Shown: piece by piece, positions 15,101 through 27,620 of the stretch
How positions within the stretch are numbered: position 1 is the first letter of the stretch
How the letters are laid out: each line of letters opens with the position of its first letter
Assembly: GCF_037042905.1 (NCBI RefSeq)
Contig: NC_087252.1
Span: 24,244,001-24,308,000, forward strand
Direction of reading: 5' to 3'
From: Lytechinus pictus
Taxonomy: Eukaryota
Length of the DNA stretch: 64,000 nt
The notes under the pieces: generated by a model
Databases searched by the model: none
Told to the model about the DNA's origin: nothing
Seen by the model: only the letters and a program-made list of their open reading frames with translations
Position numbers and translations under genes: made by a program

Positions 15101-16026
15101 ATCATGATGGAAAGCCGAGAAGTTGTATTATTCTTTGATACATTACTTTCTGCCTTAAAGTTGGTCTCATCTTCAAGACTCACATCGTTCATCATCACTT
15201 CCATCTTCTTCTTCTACATCCTCTTCATTTTCATCATCGTCACCACCACCAACTCGTCATCTTCATCATAATCCCCATCTCTATCATTTTCCTGAACCTC
15301 CTCTACATGTATATCATCCTTACCATTTATCTCCCCACGAATTTGAGTGCAATTCACATTAATTTATATAAAGTCGAGTTTTGTTATTCTGCATCTGACG
15401 GATCAAAACCTGTTGGAAATTTATTACCCTCCACCATGCACAAGTCAGGAGGAAAACCACGATATCGATAGTTTTTAAAGTGCCAAATTATTTTAAGGCG
15501 ATCTTTTTTTACCGTTTTGCAGGTCTATCTTGTACATGTATGTTGATTATTGCCTTTCTAAGTTCCTATTGGACATATGTGTACATGTTTTATACAGTGT
15601 TGCTAAAAAGTTAGTGAATGAACCCCACCAGAAAATGCACTCCTTATTAAATGCCTAGTGTAGAATGTAAATATATGTAGACAACAAAGTTCGGAGACCT
15701 AAAAAGAAATTTTACTGAATGTACATGTCATGTATTTTCGCCTGACTTCACAATATATAAAAGTTTGAGTAAAAAAATAGCAAAACCTGAACATTTCATG
15801 TTCATTTTCTGGTGCGGATTCACTATAAACTGTTTAGTTTTAGCACCACTGTATGTACATGTATCTATGGTAATAAAGATCTTCTGTGTTAGTGCGCATC
15901 TATACTAATAACTAGGATATTATCAAAAAATACACAACCTTTTATAATACAGAGATCAAAGATGAACGGGTGAAAAAATTTTATACAGCAGATCTATAAA
16001 GCGTTTACTACATGTAGCTCCAATCT

Positions 16027-16115
16027 GCCGTCAATTGCTTGTGGTCGAGGGGTCAGAGCTCTATACTGGACCGTCACATTTTTGTGGCAAGGGTTTGAAT
16101 CCCATCCAAGACGGT
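16027..16115 (+). repeat. Degenerate tRNA-like sequence / SINE head
   Basis: A-box-like TGGTCGAGGGG, B-box-like GGTTTGAATCCC, GCCGTC/GACGGT ends. Confidence 0.5.
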
Positions 16116-17343
16116 TTATAGCAAGTCTAATTTTTCCAGTTGAAATGACGGGAAGAGTTCCTTTCGCGATAGCCACCCAAATTTAAAAAAAATATATTAG
16201 GGTAAGAGTGGCTGTCACAAAAGGAACCCCCGAAATTAACATTGTTGTTGTTGTTTTTAAATAACAAAATCAATATGAATACAAAATAGCATTTATTCCA
16301 TTCAAATGAGTAATTACCAATATCATAGGATAGGGGGTCGGGTTTCCGGACACTTTATATTTTTGAAGCCTTCTTTTTTGTCTTTGGATTACACTAAAAA
16401 TATGAATTCAATAGTTGTAATCATCTTTTATTTTGTTCTCTATAATATTTTGTACTAACAATTGATGAAAATTCGATTGTAAATTTTTTCAATGACTTTC
16501 TAAAAAAAATTGATTGTCCAAAACACAACCTGTCCAGACACACAACAACTCAACTGGGTACATACAGTCACCCAGCGTTCGCGTTCACGACTGAGTTTCA
16601 ACAAGAGATACAACTTGTCAAGAATAGGTTCTAGGGTCTGGCATCTTAAACTGTGGCTGGCCTTAAATTTCAGTTTTCAGAAAATCAAGGGAACTATAAC
16701 AAGTCTTATTTCTTTTTTTTTTCAGAAAGATTTGTAATTTGGAAAGTCTGCATGCATGCATTTTCACTTTGCAAAAAAAAGTGAGGGATCAAAAAAAATA
16801 AAAAGGGACAAATGTTTAGATTTTCTTACAAAATCTTAATATTTTCAAAAAATAATGGTGACTGATCAAAAAACATCAAATAAAGCCTTGACACGACCTT
16901 AAACAACTAAAAATTCGACAAAAATTTGAGCTGCTGAAATCAAATGGGTTTACGTGCACAAATTTTGTTACAGCCCCATGCACCCACTCCCGTGCACCAC
17001 GTTGCCAAAAAATCCCGCCATATATTCAGCACGCAATCGCCCCAAAAAGGCGCAAAAAGTGAGAAGTAATAAGATAGTACAAATGTCAACACAAAGTAAG
17101 ATGAAGTATGACTGCAAAGAAATAGGAATGTGTCATATTTGGGGAATATGATTTTGTAAACATGATTTATCAGCGAAAATAACAAGTCAATCATGGTCAC
17201 TGAATCAGCTGTTTGGCTGAGCGCAAAATACAAATCACATTCAGATCACACACGAAATTCAAACCAGAAGCGCCCTCACAATTTCAAAATATCACATGAA
17301 AATTAAGAAATTTTGTCATGAATTGCGAAAATTAGATACTCAC

Positions 17344-17466
17344 CGATACAATCCTATTATCCATATATTATTCCACATCAAATTCGAGAAAGAATCCATT
17401 AATTATATATTCCAAGATTAGGCAAAAAGCCTGTCGGCTATTGGGGTCATTCAAAGTCGATCCACT
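17344..17466 (-). other. Putative non-coding exon 2 of an unidentified gene
   Basis: Acceptor ...ttttcgcgcgcctgtcgcAG| and strong donor TCG|GTGAGT. Confidence 0.55.
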
Positions 17467-17578
17467 CTGCGACAGGCGCGCGAAAATGAAAATAGACGAA
17501 CGAGGAAAGACGCAGCAAGGGGGAAATGATCATGCAGAAAAACAGTCAATTTTCCCTTAAAAGCCACAAAAATTTTAC

Positions 17579-17760
17579 CAGATCGTCATCGCAGGTATAT
17601 TTCCAATCCATGGAGAACGGTAATCCTAGACGACAGCACTCAATAATAAATCCATTGATGATAATTCTCTATCCGGTCATCGAGGTCGGGTCGAAACAAA
17701 TATGGCGGAATCTCGGTGCGTTGTTCTTTATTCGAAATTTCCTCTTCAGCGAACGATTGA
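17579..17760 (-). other. Putative non-coding exon 1 of an unidentified gene (start approximate)
   Basis: Donor CTG|GTAAAA at 17578; ~110-nt intron with a pyrimidine tract ending CGCAG. Confidence 0.45.
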
Positions 17761-18200
17761 CGCGCCCGGCAGGTCGAGTTGTCGTAGTAACTGTCAATCA
17801 ATATGCAGATCCTTTCAAAACGCCGACGCTCCGCCTACTCGCTATAGCAACTGTTATGCAAATGAGGCGAAGCGACCGTCGAATCGATGATGTCATACGA
17901 AAAGGCATGCCGATACCCGGATGAAGAGTCATGTGACCGTGTCTCGTCCGAGACTTTTCCCGCGAAAAATAGCGTCTTTTCAAATGTGCGCGAAATAATC
18001 AACGTAGCCTGTGCAAGTACCGGTGTGAGTGAGCTCATGTGGGCTATTCAACGATGCACGTGTGTTGAGTCTGAGGGCAACATTTGTAAACAAACCGAAA
18101 CGTGGCCCTCAGAACTAAAACACAATTTTGTGTGTGAAGGAAAGAAATTAAAATCGTCTGTGGTACGTTGCCTACCAGCCTTGCGTAAATGAACATTGCA
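17580..18200 (-). promoter_or_regulatory. CpG-rich promoter of an unidentified minus-strand gene
   Basis: Sharp local CpG enrichment, a YY1-like AAAATATGGCGG at 17697-17708, CACGTG at ~18057, and a splice donor immediately downstream on the minus strand. Confidence 0.6.
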
Positions 18201-19872
18201 TCAATTATGAGTCATGTTTTGTCATTTGATTTAGTCATCAAAGTGGGGGTGACTCTCACTTGTTTAAATGTCATGCATATGGTATGTTTTAGTTGCGGAG
18301 TACATATTACGACACGACTTGTATTGTAAACTTGTCGATCTTGGCAAAGGGGTGGGTTTTACTTGGAAATCTTCTGATTCATATTTTCCTTAGCTCTTCC
18401 AACACTGAAACTAATGTGTCATGAGTGTATACGTGACAAAGCCCCTACATAATATCTCATTTGTACTTTACATTTCATAGTGAAAGTGATAAGGATCAAG
18501 AAAATTATAATCGCATCATTATGTCTCTGTCCAATTGGTACACGATAGGCCCTACAATTCGTTTATTTTCACTTTCAATATCACTTTTTACATTTATAAT
18601 ATTTGCATAGTTGAGGTATGCCTATTTACTATTTACAAGTCATGTTTAAATTAGATGTAGGCCTCACAATGGCTACCGCTTATATTAATTTTAAAATGTT
18701 TACCTGGGAATACATATATTAAATTTCAAAGGAAAAGTTCATTGAAAGTGAAGAGGTCCAACTGAATAGAAATTCTAGGGTCCTTGTTTTAAAAAATAAC
18801 AATAAAAAATAATTATTAATACAAAACCATTTTGATACGGAAAAATATAGGCCTATATAATTATACCTAAAAACAAAACAAAAAAGACCAAGAAAATTGT
18901 ACAATTTAACTATGCAAGATAGTATGAAATTAAAATTTAGGGGGGTTCTGAGGAGAAAAAACCAAACCCTGAGTTATCTGTGTGAAGACAACGTTGGATC
19001 ATTTTATTTATAGATTTATCCCATTGAATAGGACCTAAACAAATAACCTCACTCTCTGATATATTGTTGGCAGCATCGATGTACATAAACAACATATTGG
19101 ATGAACACACATACATGTAAGCAGGACATGTACTCAATTATTTATATTTGTATATTACAAGGACATGCCTCACCTTTCTTCCACACTGCACTGACCACAA
19201 CTGATCAATATCGACTCGAAATATATACGAGATCGAGAGGGTGGGGTTGGCAATCTCCCGAATGTAAACAAAGGAGGTGTGTCAAGCAAGGGGCGTGTCA
19301 TCGTGAGGTCAAGGAACTTGTCGAAAGCGCGCGCTTTATTTTGAATCGAGGGTGGGCGGGGCTACACGTTTGAAATTAATTCAAATTGCAGAAGGCCACG
19401 CCTCGAATGCGGTACACCCTACGTAATTAATGATATTATGCCAAGAAAATATAAACAAATTTTCATTCTGAAATTCTCACCGATACAGGCCGATGGACAC
19501 AAGGCATTCGGCTTCGTCCATCGGCCTCATCCTTCATTTTTGCTGTTTTCACAACCGTAGACTTACACAGTACTGTATTAAAAGTGTAATTAATTGTGAC
19601 CAAGTAAATTTTATGGTGAAAATTTGCCTATTTACTGTTTTATTCGTAGTACTCTTTTTTTTTTTTTGGGGGGGGGGGATATTTGTAAGGATATATTGCT
19701 GAATTTTAACCAATCCTTACTCACGGGCAATGTTTGTTCATTATTGTTATTCTTTAATTTTTTTTATTTGGGGGGGGGGGGCAAATCTGCAACATTGGAT
19801 AAGCTTTAACATTGCAGTGAATGGGAATTTTCCAGGACTCTCATTTTTTTTTCGATTTCCAGTGCTCCAGGG

Positions 19873-21944
19873 CAGTGGCGTAGACAGGTTCGTACACCTG
19901 GGGGGGATGACTGGGCTGCCAACGCTAGTGAGGGCGCGAAGCGCCCGAGCGAGGGAGCGAAGCGACCGAGCGGGGGGAGGGTGTGGGAGGGGGGTGTCCC
20001 CCCTCCCAGGGTAGGGAGCTTTTGCAATTTTGAACTTGAAATCGTGCAATCTGATGCATACTTAATGAGGTAAAATAACACGCACAAGCGCGCACGCACA
20101 CACACACACACCCTCATACACACACGGGTGCGCGCACCACACACATACTACGCCTTGAATGGACAGACATACATCGACAAGATCTACACACCGTCACCGT
20201 TGCATACGAATACAGAATGGACTGACACATAGTATTGCATATTGAACCACACTACGTATTTATTTATCTCTGTGAATTTTGCTGTTACACCTCTTCAGAA
20301 AAAAAAACAATGTCAACTGTGTACACGCAGGTATAGTCTTTGTTGTCTTGATATGGGTATGTGGTTATGAATGAAAACAGCCTCTGTGGCCATTTGTGAA
20401 TGTGCCGCAAGTGTTCTAACTATGTCTGCACCGAACATCTTGATCATCTCTTCTTGGGCCTGTGGAGATGTGAAGCTGATTGACCGCTTGAGATATCTGT
20501 CAAGTCCTTCATCATCATCGCGGAAGACGTTTAGCAACTGTTGGAAGTTTCCCTCCTCAGCTGTGTGGCCTCTAAATGACAGACCCTGTCGCAGAAGGAA
20601 TCGCATGGCTCTTGAAGACCTTCATCAGTGCTCGTTGGGCTGTTTCCTGCTGTTGACGGCGGTCGGCGTCCATTTTGACATCGATTTTAGCCTCAGGTTT
20701 CAAGGAAATCGCTGCCTTTGCGACTCTGTGACAATTTGAAGACTGGTGGCTCTCAAATCTGGGTGATGCCTTTTTCCAGTTACAAAAGCCGACTGAAACA
20801 AATGCTGGTTCTTTGTTCTTGGCCAATTTCAAGAGTCCGCGTTTTTCTGCCTGTGCACAGTAGAAACACAGTACCCGTTTCAGGGAGGGTTCGTAATGGA
20901 TCCAGGGGTAGCTTTGGTACCATTTGGCTTGAAACAGAATTTTCTGCGTTTTAGTTTCTACTACGGGAATGGAAGAAGTAGGGGGGTGATTGGGGCTAAC
21001 CCAGTCGTCAAAACCGGCATCAGCTTCATCATCATCTTTCGCCTCAGATGCTCCATCACCCCCAACGGCACTTTCTTCTGGTTGAACTTCAGGAAGAACA
21101 GGCCTATCTCCGACATCATCCGATTTTGATGTAGACGGCTGTTCGTCATCATGTTCTTCTTTCTCATTGTGCTTGAAAAAAGAAGTGATCTTTGATGTTT
21201 TCAACTTCTTATTATGAGCCATCCTAGAATCCTAAAATCAATTCACGCTGTGAATTATGTAAGTGACACACTCACATATATTTCCCCCTTAAAAAGTTAA
21301 GGAAGACAAGGCCTCCTGCTGAGCGGACTCACCACGTGTTTTTGTTTTCTAGCTAACTGCCTTAGCGCGTCCCTTCTCTCCCCGCACGTAATGCGCACAT
21401 AACACGGCGTACGCTCGTAATCCGCATCCCTGATTTTCAATAGCTTCTTTCACACGTTAAAAGCCAATCTTGTGGTTATCTTGTGGTTTGCAAGAGGTAT
21501 CTTGTGGTTTTCTTGTGGTTTGCCCCATTTGAACACGCAAAACTCGTGGTTATCTTTTGGTTTCCACACCACGAGATTGCGCGCACTGCAAAATATGCGC
21601 GATTAATCTTGTGGTTATCTTGTGGTTTCCAAACCACAAAATACTTGTAAGATTTTCTTTTTTTTACCGTCTGAATTGGCTTTCACCGTGTGAATGCGGC
21701 TAATAACAATAAACACAATTACAATAATGATGAGGATTATTATTATCATCATCATAATTATTATTAATATTATAATTGTTATCATTATTATTATTACTAT
21801 TATTATCATCATTATGACTTATTAAGTAACCAAATATCATTCCCCAAAACCTGGGGGGGGGGGATGATTGTACATGCCATCCCCCCCACCTTGTGAGGTG
21901 GGGGGGATGCATCCCCCTCATCCCCCCCGTTGTCTACGCCCCTG
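19873..21944 (-). mobile_element. Internally deleted hAT (Tip100/ZMYM1-type) transposon
   Basis: TIRs CAGTGGCGTAGACA / TGTCTACGCCCCTG; exact 8-bp TSD CTCCAGGG (19865-19872, 21945-21952); subterminal TCTTGTGGTT repeats at ~21470-21630. Confidence 0.9.
20313..21222 (-). pseudogene. Truncated, frameshifted hAT transposase (TTF-type zinc finger plus the start of DUF4371)
   Basis: FQAKWYQSYPWIHY...LCFYC...GFCNWKKA...HQSSNCH, then in another frame RFLLRQGLSFRGH...EGNFQQLL...SPQAQEEMI; no catalytic or dimerisation region. Confidence 0.85.
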
Positions 21945-23512
21945 CTCCAGGGGCACTGAATCACCCTATGCCCTGTGTAAGTTTTTCCCTGCTTACTCAT
22001 TAGGCCTATATTTAATAGTATTAATTCATAGGTTTCCCTTCTCATGAACCATGCATGCGCCATGTTTTGATGCAGGGTTTCATGTGAAAAGTGCTCGTGA
22101 TAACCTTCTAAAGTTTCCAAGCTTTGCCTTCTCTTTTGTCCAGTTTCGTACCATTTCTGCCCCCCTCCCCTCCTGCTTGCTCTCTCCGCCCCACCCCCGC
22201 CCTTCTATGTTTCAATCTTCGTTGCAAGTCTTCATGGTTTCGACAAGTTAGAAACTTCATACCCTAAAACGACCCTTGCTAAAGTCCCAGGGCTAAAGTT
22301 ATACCACTTTCAGGGGCGGGGCAAGTCGGCCCCCTATTTGTGGGGAAACCTGCAGAAAAAATTGACCTTTTTAACTCGAGAGAAACGCTTAAAAACATAA
22401 TTAAAAGTATGAAGTAAGAAGGATATATTTATGTTTAATTTACGGCCTCGTAACGGTGCGTGTTACGGGGCCTTCGGCCCCCCTTTCAAAAATTCCTGGA
22501 TCCGCCCCTGATATATGTTGGAGGGGCCGGGGGGGAATTCCACCCTATCCATATGAATCAATGCGAAATTAGTTTTTTGAAAATGGGAAATTTTATTTGT
22601 GCATGATTTATCTCGCTCAATCAATGAAGAATACAGTACACCAATATTACCAAGTCTTGCAACATACGCATTTTTTTTTCTTTAATTTTTCATAGGTGCA
22701 GAGGACACTGGGGTGGTGAGGCAATTTCGACTTGTTAATTCTGTCAATAAACCATATTTTGTCAGTCTCGAAGTTCGCTCTCAATTCGTATGTTTCCATT
22801 ATATTCTGCCCTGTTTTCTGTTTTTATTTTTGATATTTATTGTTATTAACATTCACATATATTTATGCTTTTGACCTTTTTTGTTATCCTGCAAATCTCC
22901 TGTAAATATTGTGATTCTTTATGATTTATGATAAAACATAGATATTAAAACAATTTCTATGAAATAAATGACTGGAAGCTGAAATAATTATTGCGAAACA
23001 TTATGCCTGCATCAAGACACAATATTACGCATATGTCCACTATTTGGCAGTATATAGCTTTGGACCTGCATGCACATGCCTGTGCAGTGTGCACAATCAA
23101 TATACATTTATTTATAATTTTTTTGTTAAAACTTTTACAAACTTGCAAAGTTTGGAACAAAGTTGTTCATGTCTTTGGTAGTAAATAGCATAGAATTCAT
23201 GTTGTTGACAACAGATTTATGTGTTGCGTTCGATCGATGGAGCGCGGGGAAGCCCCGCGGGTCTTGGGGAATCCCCATTCGTCGCGAGAGTGTTTACTTC
23301 AAACGTGATTTACACTCAGGGTCAGTGCATGCATGGCCCCGAGGTGAGCAAGGCAGCAGAGTTTCAGTGTTTCCATTTTTTTTCTCAATAATGTGAATTT
23401 AAAAAATGCATACAGTTACAATATTATATCAAAACAATAACTAAACGAACTATTGATCATTTATTTATTTTTCATACATATCTAAATAATAAATCAGTGA
23501 TGTCTAATATTC

Positions 23513-23514
<2 letters not shown>

Positions 23515-23598
<84 letters not shown>

Positions 23599-23611
23599 TA
23601 TATATTTATAT
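23515..23611. repeat. (TA)n microsatellite
   Basis: Direct reading. Confidence 0.95.
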
Positions 23612-23752
23612 ACTATTATGACAAAATAAGTAGTCCCATATTGTGTACGATTTTCGTAAATTATGTATCAAAATGCACTATGTTTCTGTGTCGAATTTGT
23701 ATTAGGGCCTATCCTTTTTTCATTTTTAAAAAGATACAATATAAAATACATT

Positions 23753-23887
23753 TCCCCTTGTGTGATATGCTCGATCGATTGTATATAATTTATGACAAAA
23801 TTTAACTTTAGGCCTATATCATATAGGCCTAAAGTTAAATTTTGTCATGAATTATATACAATCGATCGAGCATATCACACAAGGGGA
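23753..23887. repeat. 135-bp near-perfect palindrome
   Basis: 67-bp arms around base 23820 with one mismatch seen. Confidence 0.92.
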
Positions 23888-24728
23888 CATAATACCAATC
23901 AGTAGAAGAGAGGTACAACTCCCGATGGTTGGAAGATTTTTTCGGACTCATTTTTCACAACTATACTTACACTGCATGGCGTACCTAGGATTTTCCAGAA
24001 GGGGGGGGGATATTTTAGAGGATATTTCGTCCGCGAAAAAATTTGACAAGCAAAAAAAAAAAAAAAGACTTCAACCACAAATAAAGGATTTCTTACCACA
24101 AAAAAATTTGACAAGCAAAAAAAACACACAAAAGTATGTTTTTATTGCATTTTTATATTACAAATTATTAATTTGGCTTCTCAAAGGGGGGGGGGGGACA
24201 CGTCCCCTGTATCAGTTGCGACTCGTCAGGGGGCATGGATACGTCCCCTGCATGAGTTGTGACTCGTCAGGGGGACAGTCTGCCCCCCCCCCCCTGCCTC
24301 CCCTTAGGTACGCTAGTGACTACTTTTACATGTATAAACAATGGTTAAAGGCAAAATTATGCCTAAGAAACTTAATTGCAACTCAAATTACATGACAGTT
24401 AATACAACTAATAGCCCTACATAATGATATACCAATATTACAATAATTGAAGCGGATGACGGGGCGTGTAAAAACATAATCTTATCGAGGCTAGGCCTGG
24501 ATGTGTAATGACATGATAATACAAATTGATATTAAAGAGAAAAAAAGGAAGAAGAAAAATATTAATTGCAAAGAAAATGGATATGATTATGAGAGAGAGA
24601 GAGGGAGGGGTAGTGAGAGAGAGGAGGAAAGAGAGAGGAAGAGAGAGGGGGAGGGAGAGGGGGAGGGGGTGGTGAGGGAGGGGTAGAACACAATTTCACA
24701 CAAGTCATGTCATACCGTACACACTTAA

Positions 24729-25322
24729 AGGGGAATCCAGCCTTGGCCATAAAATGTTGTGTTGGGAAGAAGAAAAATAAATTAAACAGAATGGTGAAAG
24801 TTTGAAAGAAATCGGACAAGCAACAAGAAAGTTATAGCTGCTTTAAAATTGAGATCACTAATACTATGTAGATTTCAAATTGGCAACTGGGTAAGTAAAT
24901 TATGACAAGGGGCAAGGACAACTTTCCCATAAGCCATGTACTTTATTATCAGGGATTTGTGGTTTTCTCCTAAGTACCCATTCCCCCGGGGCAGTAATCT
25001 ATATATAACACAGGTAGTATATTGTTTTATGTCATCATGAAAGAAAATTATAATTTGTAATAAAACTTTGGGAATAATGACATTTTAGCCATAATATGTA
25101 TTGGAGTACAGGGAAGAGTAGTCCTTGCCTTACATCAGTATGACATCCCATATGCGGCCAATTTGAAGTCTCTATTGGTATAGTGATTACCAATATTTAC
25201 AACTTTTAAAAAATTATAACTTTCTTGTTGTTTGTCCAATATTGTTCAAACTTTCACTTATCAACTTGTCTGATTTTTCATTTCCTTATAAAAACAAGTT
25301 TTTATTCGGGTTGGATTCCCTT
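24729..25322. mobile_element. TTAA-flanked MITE (Kolobok-type)
   Basis: TTAA|AGGGGAATCCAGCC...GGTTGGATTCCCTT|TTAA. Confidence 0.8.
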
Positions 25323-26049
25323 TTAATATGTTGGGCAGCATACCAACTGTCCACTGTGTTGGGTAATGTATGTTGGTAAACAATTTATATATTCTGGGCA
25401 ATTATTATACCCAAATGGGCAAATTTATTACCCAATCATTAGTTTTATTACTCAATTTGGACAGATTTTAACCAATAGTAGTGTGGACAGTATGTTGCCC
25501 AGTGATGGTTAAAAATTTGGTCTTTTTTGCCCTGCCATTTTAAGAGTGTATTAAGTAAATTCTAAAACTGATTATTTTTTTTAAGTAGCAAGATTGTTAG
25601 TCTTGAATATTAAGTGGAGAAGATCTCCGAAGGTTAGGGGAACATTTCACAAAAAAAATCATCTATGGTAACTATGCAACTATGGATGGAACCCCTGATT
25701 GCGATTGGCTACTGAGACCCGTTACCATGGTATTTGCCATAAATGACAAATTACATTTATTCGGTAAACATTATTTGCTAACATATTTACAAAAATTGAC
25801 CCATGCATGCGGACTCCCCGCTCTGAATTATGTTACCAAACTCGACAAATTTGTTAATTCAATGAAAATTAAATATTAGGGGAAGACCTCTCATTCTATA
25901 AAAATGTATTTGTTTTTCTCAAAAGTAACTATGTTATGGTCTAAACTATCATATGCATTTAAAAACTAAGGTAGAGAAGTGGAATACCTCTGGCAGTGTT
26001 GAAATAATAATTCAAAAAAAAAAAATTTCATTATAGATAATAAAATACT

Positions 26050-26444
26050 TAATTCATTGACCCTAAATGACATTTTGACCTTAATCATGTGACCTGAAAC
26101 TCGTGCAAGACGACCAGTTATACTTGATTTATGTCAAAGTTTCACCATGGACCTATTAGGTCCATGGTTTCATGAACAAGATCCACATGCTATCAAATTT
26201 ATGATGACATTGCCAAAATTTAACCTGGTTAAAAGAATGTTGATACTCAAAACATGGTCAAAGGTCACTGACCCTAAATGACCTTTGGCCTTGGCCAATA
26301 CACCTGAAACTCATGCAAGATGATTAATGATACTTGATTATTTTTTGTCCTTATATTTGCACATTTGAAGAACTCAACCTTTGGTTGAGATTTCAATATT
26401 GACGACGCTGCGCCGCCTCCGCCGTTGGAAAAGGCGAGACAAAA
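26050..26444 (-). mobile_element. Degenerate copy of the Helentron-associated element
   Basis: Reverse-complement similarity (TGACCCTAAATGACCTTTG units, GGCGAGACAAAA end). Confidence 0.55.
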
Positions 26445-27384
26445 CACACCGAAGGAAATTTTATTGTTGTCAAAAGCGAACGTGATTTTATTTATTTATG
26501 AATTACAGTAGAACTAGGGGCAGCGATCATGGGGGCCGGGGGCACAGTGCCCCCACTTTTTGAAGCACTGAAAAATTGCCCTTTTAACACAAAAAACCCC
26601 ACACGAACGTGTTCTGTGCCCGTTGACCTGAGAAGGACCCATTTTACGTGCATGTTAACGATCGAGTGCCCCTTTGAAACGAGAAAACAATATTTTCATT
26701 TTGATATGTTACTACAAAACTTGTAAGGATAATCCGACGTGCCTTAAGCTTCATGAGTCATGTGAGTGGGGTAGATAAGCAGAGGCGTACAGATGCCGGG
26801 GGCTTGGGGACTCTCCCCCCCCTCCCCAAATTTGTCACGACCAAGAAAACAAAAGAGAAAAGGAAAGAGAGAAGGGTGAAATATAATATCATTTTCTGAA
26901 TATTGTCAAAATCCATCATAAAATTGGATTTCGTTATAAAAATGTCATTTTTTTCGCCCTGTCGCAACTTGTAAATTTATGTGATGCGACAGATCTAGCC
27001 CCCTCAAAATTTTGGCTGATTACGCCACTGTAGATAAGTCATTTTTCTTTGTTTTAGGTGCCCTTTTTTCCCTGTGCCCCCCCCCCCACCCCCGCTCACT
27101 TTTAACTTCACTCCGCTATCCCTGAGTACAAGAGTGAAAAAAAATGATGTGAATTAGATAATATACCATAACCACCATTTGCATAAATCTGTGACGTCAT
27201 ACTATTCAAGAAACAATAGATCACCCCTCCTGAAACAAAGGTCCACAGATTGATTTACGCTAGTGTGCACCACCGCCACCACTATAATGAAACCAGGGAA
27301 GTGTTTAACACTTCCCTGATGAAACTATCACCACCAACACAACCACAATCGCGGTTATCACCATTATCATCCCCATCATTGCCC

Positions 27385-27535
27385 ATCATTTTTCATCATT
27401 ATCACCATCAACATCACCACCACCATCGTCATCATCATCATCATCATCCTCATCATCATCACCGTCGTCGTCATCGTCGTCGTCATCATCACCATCATCA
27501 TTACCACCATCATCATCATCATCATCACCATCATC

Positions 27536-27569
<34 letters not shown>

Positions 27570-27620
27570 CCATCATCACCATCATCATTACCACCATCAT
27601 CATCATCATCATCATCATAA
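27385..27620. repeat. (CAT/CAC)n microsatellite
   Basis: Direct reading. Confidence 0.95.

Noticed and set aside
16027..16115. Functional tRNA gene (also considered at 45845-45925)
   Set aside because: Anticodon and acceptor arms do not pair cleanly and the boxes are degenerate; treated as SINE heads or pseudogenes
17526..18192. Overlapping 60-130 aa ORFs
   Set aside because: A by-product of the GC/CpG-rich promoter; no recognisable protein
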